Shown: piece after piece, positions 57,918 to 64,000 of the stretch
Numbering within the stretch: position 1 is the stretch's first letter
Layout: the number at the start of each line of letters is the position of its first letter
Source: Bacillota bacterium
GTDB taxonomy: Bacteria; Bacillota; Clostridia; Christensenellales; SZUA-584
Direction: 5' to 3'
Assembly (NCBI GenBank): GCA_023396555.1
Contig: JAEWWC010000100.1
Span: 6,634-70,633 of the forward strand
DNA length: 64,000 bases
Made by a program: the position numbers and the translations under genes
The notes under the pieces: model-generated
The model's input: only the letters and a program-made list of their open reading frames with translations
The model's database searches: none
What the model was told of the DNA's origin: nothing

Positions 57918-60131
57918 GTGAAAAAACGATTTTTTTCACTTCTATTGGTAGTTTCAATGATGGCGAGCATATTTCTTTTCACCACAGGGACAGTATCAGC
58001 TGATAGTGAAGGGGCCTATCTTTTGGCTTATACCAAAGAATTAGGTACAACAGCGTCAAATTTAAATTACATGAGTTTTTATGACGACAGCCTTCACCTG
58101 GCATACAGTAAAGATGGAGAAAACTGGACTGAACTGAATGACAACAAAGGGATCCTGTTTTATAGCCATAGCAGTGCTTATACTAACGCTAATGCCAAGC
58201 AGTACCGTCATCCGTTTATCTTCCAAAAAAAAGATGGAACATATGGATTATTAGCTACAACTGTCAGATATAACGGCAATGTTCAAGACACAACTATTAA
58301 TTACTGGGATTCTACCGACCTTTTAAACTGGGAAAACCAGAGATTGATTACGCTGTCAACCAGTGGTATATATCCCCAGTACCCACAGGCCAAATATGAC
58401 CCCGACAATGACAACTATATGATCATATGGAAGCACGACGGGAAGGTATACTATAATACCATTGATGACACCTTTACAACAGCAGGAGCATCAAAGCATG
58501 CTGAATATTCCGGAACCGATTATCCTTTAGCAATTCCTTCAGATGTGAATATCAATAATGCTCCACCAAATTCACTCCTTGGAAGTGTTATTAAAGTAAC
58601 CGAAGCCGAGTTGGATTATTTGATTGCACATATTGGAACACCAAGGATTCCTCAAGGTACAAAAGAAGTTAATGTGACGACAATTGTCGGACAAGCTCCT
58701 GAGTTGCCAGATATGGGTACTATCTATCTCAGTGACGGCACCTCGGAAGAAAGGGATGTCAACTGGGAGCCCATCGACCCTGAGAGCTATTCACGCCCGG
58801 GTACTTATACCGTGACGGGATTGCTTGATGGTGCTCCGAATTATCAAAATCCAATTAACAAGAATGGTGCTGACCCATGTATTTATAGAGGCCCGGACAA
58901 ATCTTACTATTATACATCTTCATATATGGACTATGAAAATAATGGGATAGGTGCCTATCAATATGACCGGATAATCATCAGAAAAGCAGAAACAATCCAA
59001 GGACTTGCAACCGCCGAGGAAAGAACAGTCTTCTGGAGGAATGAGTCTGGACCTGCATCATACCATATCTGGGCTCCTGAAATCCACTATGTGCAATTTA
59101 ATGGTGAAGAGGAAGGAACGTGGGTAATCTATTTTGCCGGTTCAAGAGCGGACTCCATTTGGGCCTTGCGTGTTTTTGCGCTGGTATGTGACTCTCAGGA
59201 TCCTATGACAGGAAACTGGGCTTTGCACAAGATTGAAGGTATAGATAATGAAACCTTTGATCTTGATGCAACAGTATTTAAGCACAACAATGAGTGGTAC
59301 ATGGCCTGGGCACACAAACCTGGTGCCGATTCCAATATTACTATTGCAAAAATGAATGACTTAACAACTCTTGGTGCTAATTCAACAATTGCTGTTCCCG
59401 AATATACGTGGGAACGCAGAAGAGACCGTGTCCTTGAAGGACTTACCGTAATGAAGAAAAATGGTAAAATATTCATGTCCTTTGCAGCTGGCTCTACTGA
59501 TACAACCTATGTTTTAGGTATGCTGACAGCAGAGGATTCTCCTGATACCCATCTTTTAGACCCTTCTTCATGGACGAAGACAGCTTATCCATTAATGATT
59601 GCGGATTCTGAAAACCAGCAGTTTGGAACGGGTCACGCTACCTTTACAGTTGCTGAGGACGGAGAAACAATTCTTTTATCCTATCATGCGCGTCCTAATG
59701 AAAGATATTCGGGAGTAGGCGGATACAATCCTTTATATGATGCAACAAGATATGCACGCGTAGCGGTTGTTTACTGGCACGAGGCTGGAACACCATATTT
59801 CGGAATTCCTTCAAAGGATGGATATCTTCCCGGGTCAGCGGTAACTGCAACTGTTACTGTAGTAGAAGACCCTATTGAACAGATTACCGGCCTTAAACAA
59901 TCTGTAGCAGGTCTGGATGTTGTCCGCGGCATCAAAAACAGTTCGACGGTAAAACTGGACCAGGCACTTGAATTGTTTCAGACAAATAAGCACAACTCAG
60001 TTAATGTGTTAAATGCTTTTATCAATCAGGTCAGTTCGTTGAGAGACGAAGGCGTACTGACGGAGGAACAGGCTGCGGAACTCATTAAAGCAGCAGAAGA
60101 GGTGATTTTGAACATAACCTCTTTAAGCTAG
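57918..60131 (+). CDS. Secreted multidomain glycoside hydrolase family 43 (arabinofuranosidase/xylosidase-type) with Big_4-like Ig domain and C-terminal helical module
   Basis: 737-aa ORF with a GTG start after GGGAGGAG and a signal peptide. It has a Big_4-like block (RDVNWEPIDPESYSRPGTYTVTG), a GH43 core (GADPCIY..YYYTSS, IWAPEIH, LEGLTVMKKNGKIFMSF, GTGHATF) and a helical tail. Confidence 0.8.
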   Translation: MKKRFFSLLLVVSMMASIFLFTTGTVSADSEGAYLLAYTKELGTTASNLNYMSFYDDSLHLAYSKDGENWTELNDNKGILFYSHSSAYTNANAKQYRHPFIFQKKDGTYGLLATTVRYNGNVQDTTINYWDSTDLLNWENQRLITLSTSGIYPQYPQAKYDPDNDNYMIIWKHDGKVYYNTIDDTFTTAGASKHAEYSGTDYPLAIPSDVNINNAPPNSLLGSVIKVTEAELDYLIAHIGTPRIPQGTKEVNVTTIVGQAPELPDMGTIYLSDGTSEERDVNWEPIDPESYSRPGTYTVTGLLDGAPNYQNPINKNGADPCIYRGPDKSYYYTSSYMDYENNGIGAYQYDRIIIRKAETIQGLATAEERTVFWRNESGPASYHIWAPEIHYVQFNGEEEGTWVIYFAGSRADSIWALRVFALVCDSQDPMTGNWALHKIEGIDNETFDLDATVFKHNNEWYMAWAHKPGADSNITIAKMNDLTTLGANSTIAVPEYTWERRRDRVLEGLTVMKKNGKIFMSFAAGSTDTTYVLGMLTAEDSPDTHLLDPSSWTKTAYPLMIADSENQQFGTGHATFTVAEDGETILLSYHARPNERYSGVGGYNPLYDATRYARVAVVYWHEAGTPYFGIPSKDGYLPGSAVTATVTVVEDPIEQITGLKQSVAGLDVVRGIKNSSTVKLDQALELFQTNKHNSVNVLNAFINQVSSLRDEGVLTEEQAAELIKAAEEVILNITSLS
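59874..60046 (+). repeat. 173-nt module, ~94% identical to 63828-64000
   Basis: I count 10 mismatches in 173 nt. The module encodes IEQITGLKQSVAGLD.VRGIKNS.TVKLDQAL.LFQT.KHNSVNVLNAF.NQVSSLR in both genes. Confidence 0.9.
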
Positions 60132-60263
60132 CACATAGGGTGCTAAAAAAGCAGGAGGTGAAGACTTTATGTAAATGGATTTAGTAGGCTGAGATTACTT
60201 CCCCTAGGTAAGGTAAGGTAACGAACCGAGTAGAATTTTTGAATAAATCAGGGAGGAAGAATA

Positions 60264-63200
60264 ATGAAAACACGTGCAATATTTATTAAACTGCTTGTTG
60301 GGTTACTTGTAATCGCAATGTTTGGCGCATCGTTTCCAACGGATGCTTTTGCAAATCCCGTTTCCACAAACGTCGCGCCGCTAGCCACGGCAGTCGTGCC
60401 GTACTCAAACGGCGGCGTGGCTAACAACATAAACACAGGCAATATTTCCACATCCTCTAACGCCTCGACGACATGGAATACATGGGGAGCAACCCAGGGC
60501 ACGGAGGCAAATCCGTTCTACGTCACCCTGAAATGGAACGAACCGTACGCGCTGGAAAAAATGAGGGTATTGTGGTGGGTTTACACCGACAACGGCGTGC
60601 ATTGGCCAAGGTCCTGCAGCGTTGAGTATCTGAAGGACGGCGCGTGGGTAGATCTCGGCCCTGTCGGAATCGATCATAAAGGCAACCCCAACCTGGGATC
60701 CAATTGGGTATACAACGACGTATGGAACGAAGTTGTATTCGCCTCACCAATCAAGACGGACTCGATACGCCTGAAAGTAGTCGCGAATAAGAACAGCGGT
60801 ACCTCTCCCGGTTTCGGTATAAACAAATGGGAAGTATATGGCTGGGAAACCGATCCCGAGCTTATTTCCGTAAGCGTTTCGGGCAAAGGCTCGCTGGCGG
60901 TAGGAACTCAAGAGGAATATGAGGCCGGCGTTGTCTCCCCAAGACTTGAGGGAGTCACCTACGAATGGTCTGTTAACAACAATAACGCCAAAATAGTGGG
61001 CAGCACAACCGGCGACAAGGTTTTGCTGGAAGGCGTGACCGAGGGCGCCGCAACGCTGTCGGTAACAGCGAGGCATGCAACCGGCGTACAAGAAACAGTC
61101 GGTACGTTTGACATAAAAGTCAAGGAAATAAAAGCGCTGACGTATAAGACTGCCACCGCGGCGGGCAAAGCGCCCATTCTTCCAAAGAGAGTGGTCATGC
61201 AGGGCGTTCAGTTCGATACCCCGACGGCGTCTGCCATAGGCAACAATGGCTACGACTTTGGCGAGGAATTCCCCGACAGCTTGATTGCGGTCGAAAGATG
61301 GGATGCGGTTCCGGAGTCGGCATACGCCGCAGACCAGATCGGTAAAACATTTACGGTAAACGGCAATGTCAAGTATGGCGGAAAGGATTATCCCGTAAAG
61401 GCAGAGATAACGGTTAACGCTCCATTGGAGGCGCCAACCTCGAACAATTCCGTTACTTCCGAGCATGTTCAGCTGACCGACGTGTTCTGGAGTCCCAAAC
61501 AGAGGACAAACGCGCTGGCTTCTCTGGACAAGGCAATCGAAAGACTGGCGTACACTTCCGGCACCGGCGGCGGAGAATCCAACTTCACAGGCGCTATCGC
61601 GAGGTTGAACGGTGAAACTCCTGCGGTTGGCTACATCGGATATGTTTTCCAGGACACGGATGTTTACAAAACACTTGAGGCAATGTCTTATACCCTTTTC
61701 GCGATCGATAAGGATACCGATCCCGAAATGGTGGCGCAGAGGGAAAAGCTGAAAGCCAAGATTGAACAATGGATCGGCTACATTGAGGCCATTCAGTACT
61801 CCGACGGTTATATAAACACGTGCTTCTCGATGCGGTCTACCACGTCCTCTGGCGGGTCCGGAACGGGTTTATGGCGTTGGAGATACTTGGCAAGGCATGA
61901 GATGTACAACATAGGGCATTTCCTTGAAGCGGCGGTCGCTTACACGCGTTACGCGGAAGGCACGGGCCTGAATGATTACAGGCTGTATGAAGTGGGCAAG
62001 AGAGCCGCGGACCATATTGTTAATATGTTCGGACCTGGGGGGAAACGCAACGAGGTTCCCGGACATGAGGAAATTGAGCTTGCCCTTATGAAATTTGCCA
62101 CACTGGTTGAAGAATTCGAGGGCCAGGAGATGGGGCAGAAATACAGAGATACCGCCAAGCTGCTTATTGACAGGCGCGGAACCGGCGGACCAAACGGTAT
62201 AAACAGGGAAAGCGGATATAACGCCGGAACATATTCTCAGGACGCAACGCGTCTCGTTGATGAAGTTCAGGCTGTGGGTCACGCGGTTCGCGCTTCGTAT
62301 TTTTACACGGGAGCGACGGACGTAGCGGCGACGCTGGACGAGAACGATCCAGACAGAATCGCTTACCTTAAAGTTCTGGATAGTATCAATGAAAGGCTTG
62401 TCAACCGCAATACGTACATCACTGGAGGCGTCGGATCAAGCCAGCCCGGGTCCAGCTCTGAGGGCTTCGGCTCCGAATACGCCCTTTCCAACTCACGGTC
62501 ATATTGCGAGACTTGCGCGGCCATCGCGACTGCCAACTGGAACCAGAGGATGAACCTTGTTCACGAGGACGCCAAATACGCAGACGCCTATGAAAAAGCT
62601 CTGTATAACGGCGTCTTGGTAGGCGTAAACCTTAGCGGCGGCCTCTTCTACTATTCAACCCTTCTGAATGTTCCCGGCGGGTCGAACGGAACATCCACCA
62701 GCAACCGCTCCTCGTGGTTCTCATGCGCCTGCTGTCCTCCGAACATTATGAGGACAATCGCCAATATCAGCGGCTATATGTATACGGTTAATAAAAATAA
62801 TGTTTTCGTTAACATGTACGCGGGAAGCACCGGCGAAGTGAACGTGGAAGGCACAAATGTACACGTTGACCAGGTAACAAACTATCCTTGGGAAGGAGCT
62901 GTAAAACTCACGGTTAAGCCCGATACCCAGAAAACATTCACAATGAATATCCGTATCCCCGGCTGGATAAAGGCACAGAAGCATCAGCAGGTAACGATTA
63001 AGGTGGACGGGCAGTCGATTGACGCCACCCCCAACGCCAAGGGTTATGTTCCGATAACAAGGACTTGGTCCACGGAGGGCACCGACATCGAAATCAACAT
63101 GCCTATGGAGGTAAGATTTACCGAGCCGGACAACAATGTTCACAACACCACTGCCACCATTGGCAGCAACCGGAACAGGGTGGCCATCGAGAGAGGGCCT

Positions 63201-64000
63201 ATCGTTTATTGCCTTGAGACGCCCGGGCTTGGAGCGGGGACTGGCACCAATGCAACAGAGATCCGCATCCCCAGAAACATTGAGCTTACCCCTAATTGGA
63301 GGTCTGATCTGTTAAGAGGCGTTGTTGAATTAAAGGGAACGGCGCTGTATGGCAGCAACTTAGCAGAGCGCGAAATCCAGATGACACCGTATTACGCATG
63401 GAACAACAGGGGCAGCGATCCGGCGAACCTGGGAAGCACCGGTGCGACGAACAACTGTTCCTCGATGGTCATTTGGGCAAATGCCACGGAAGAAACCGTC
63501 CAGATCAGGGGCGAGAAGGACAGTATCTCAATTACCGGAACAACCAACTTAACGGCTGTGCCCCACATTAACTACAGCGCGACGAATAAGCCCGCCTCTT
63601 ACGAGTGGAGCGTACAGGGTCCGGTCGAAATAACCAATACAACCGCGGGTCTGACAGCCACGACGGGTTACGCCAAAATCGGAGGCATAGGCTTCGAGCT
63701 TAATACCAGCATTGCCGCCATTAAAGCTACGGGCTACGGCACCGCCACAGTTACGGTTACCGCGAAGGACGAGAGTGGCGCTGTTATAGCTTCCGACACC
63801 TACGAAGTAACTGTTGAAGACGACGCTATTGAACAGATTACCGGCCTTAAACAATCCGTTGCAGGTCTGGATATTGTCCGAGGCATCAAAAACAGTTTGA
63901 CGGTAAAACTGGACCAGGCGCTTGGATTGTTCCAGACAGATAAGCACAACTCAGTTAATGTGTTAAATGCTTTTGTCAATCAGGTCAGTTCGTTGAGAGA
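60264..64000 (+). CDS. Secreted GH127-like beta-L-arabinofuranosidase (DUF1680 family) with N-terminal F5/8-type-C/CBM-like, Big_2-like and Big_4-like domains; 3' end beyond window
   Basis: The frame is open from the ATG at 60264 (RBS GGGAGGAAG) to the window end, so it is absent from the ORF track. It has a signal peptide (..TDAFA) and the Cys/Glu zinc-site blocks SYCETCAA and WFSCACCPPNIMR that I associate with GH127. The long antisense track ORFs here are shadows of this frame. Confidence 0.8.
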   Translation, partial: MKTRAIFIKLLVGLLVIAMFGASFPTDAFANPVSTNVAPLATAVVPYSNGGVANNINTGNISTSSNASTTWNTWGATQGTEANPFYVTLKWNEPYALEKMRVLWWVYTDNGVHWPRSCSVEYLKDGAWVDLGPVGIDHKGNPNLGSNWVYNDVWNEVVFASPIKTDSIRLKVVANKNSGTSPGFGINKWEVYGWETDPELISVSVSGKGSLAVGTQEEYEAGVVSPRLEGVTYEWSVNNNNAKIVGSTTGDKVLLEGVTEGAATLSVTARHATGVQETVGTFDIKVKEIKALTYKTATAAGKAPILPKRVVMQGVQFDTPTASAIGNNGYDFGEEFPDSLIAVERWDAVPESAYAADQIGKTFTVNGNVKYGGKDYPVKAEITVNAPLEAPTSNNSVTSEHVQLTDVFWSPKQRTNALASLDKAIERLAYTSGTGGGESNFTGAIARLNGETPAVGYIGYVFQDTDVYKTLEAMSYTLFAIDKDTDPEMVAQREKLKAKIEQWIGYIEAIQYSDGYINTCFSMRSTTSSGGSGTGLWRWRYLARHEMYNIGHFLEAAVAYTRYAEGTGLNDYRLYEVGKRAADHIVNMFGPGGKRNEVPGHEEIELALMKFATLVEEFEGQEMGQKYRDTAKLLIDRRGTGGPNGINRESGYNAGTYSQDATRLVDEVQAVGHAVRASYFYTGATDVAATLDENDPDRIAYLKVLDSINERLVNRNTYITGGVGSSQPGSSSEGFGSEYALSNSRSYCETCAAIATANWNQRMNLVHEDAKYADAYEKALYNGVLVGVNLSGGLFYYSTLLNVPGGSNGTSTSNRSSWFSCACCPPNIMRTIANISGYMYTVNKNNVFVNMYAGSTGEVNVEGTNVHVDQVTNYPWEGAVKLTVKPDTQKTFTMNIRIPGWIKAQKHQQVTIKVDGQSIDATPNAKGYVPITRTWSTEGTDIEINMPMEVRFTEPDNNVHNTTATIGSNRNRVAIERGPIVYCLETPGLGAGTGTNATEIRIPRNIELTPNWRSDLLRGVVELKGTALYGSNLAEREIQMTPYYAWNNRGSDPANLGSTGATNNCSSMVIWANATEETVQIRGEKDSISITGTTNLTAVPHINYSATNKPASYEWSVQGPVEITNTTAGLTATTGYAKIGGIGFELNTSIAAIKATGYGTATVTVTAKDESGAVIASDTYEVTVEDDAIEQITGLKQSVAGLDIVRGIKNSLTVKLDQALGLFQTDKHNSVNVLNAFVNQVSSLR
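63828..64000 (+). repeat. Second copy of the 173-nt C-terminal module
   Basis: See 59874-60046. Both copies are in frame in their genes. The second copy runs off the window. Confidence 0.9.

Noticed and set aside
60744-61769. 341-aa minus-strand ORF, plus other minus ORFs between 60.2 and 64 kb
   Set aside because: They are antisense to the long plus-strand frame starting at 60264 (signal peptide, GH127-type Cys motifs). That frame is missing from the track only because it has no stop inside the window.

Overview
The window looks like a spore-forming Clostridia-type Firmicute chromosome. This is an inference from BofA, YaaT/RicT, the tmk-holB-yaaT arrangement and an LPXTG protein. All family calls come from motif recognition by eye, with no database search.

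Layout, left to right:
- 1-14.7 kb: a polyol/pentose-type catabolic locus. It holds a YesM/YesN-like two-component system, a xylulokinase-like kinase, a Zn-dehydrogenase, an RbsBAC-like ABC transporter, a frameshifted glycerol dehydrogenase and a split transketolase. It ends at an integrase remnant next to tRNA-Gly(CCC).
- 14.8-35.5 kb: GC-rich core housekeeping genes. These are mtlD, ferredoxin, yaaT-holB-tmk-HAD-decarboxylase, mnmA, NUDIX, fba, bofA, feoA, secG, rnr, smpB and ssrA.
- 35.5-64 kb: a mosaic accessory zone that starts exactly at the tmRNA 3' end.
  - An AT-rich segment carries a large SNF2-family helicase, a DUF4391-like protein and only the C-terminal stub of a DNA methyltransferase. 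This looks like a beheaded R-M-like defence cassette.
  - Next come a DeoR regulator with an orphan ABC ATPase, then an arabinose-type ABC transporter with araA.
  - A 13-nt copy of the tmRNA 3' end with an orphan terminator lies at about 49.46 kb.
  - Further right are AT-rich debris, a TetR regulator and a 1815-aa LPXTG surface protein with about 14 Calx-beta repeats.
  - Recombinase and IclR fragments follow, then a triplicated promoter/leader repeat.
  - The window ends with secreted GH43 and GH127-like arabinofuranosidases that share a near-identical C-terminal module.

No CRISPR array or rRNA was seen. The most interesting items are the SNF2-DUF4391 cassette remnant on the candidate ssrA island, the tandem leader repeats, and the Calx-beta giant protein.
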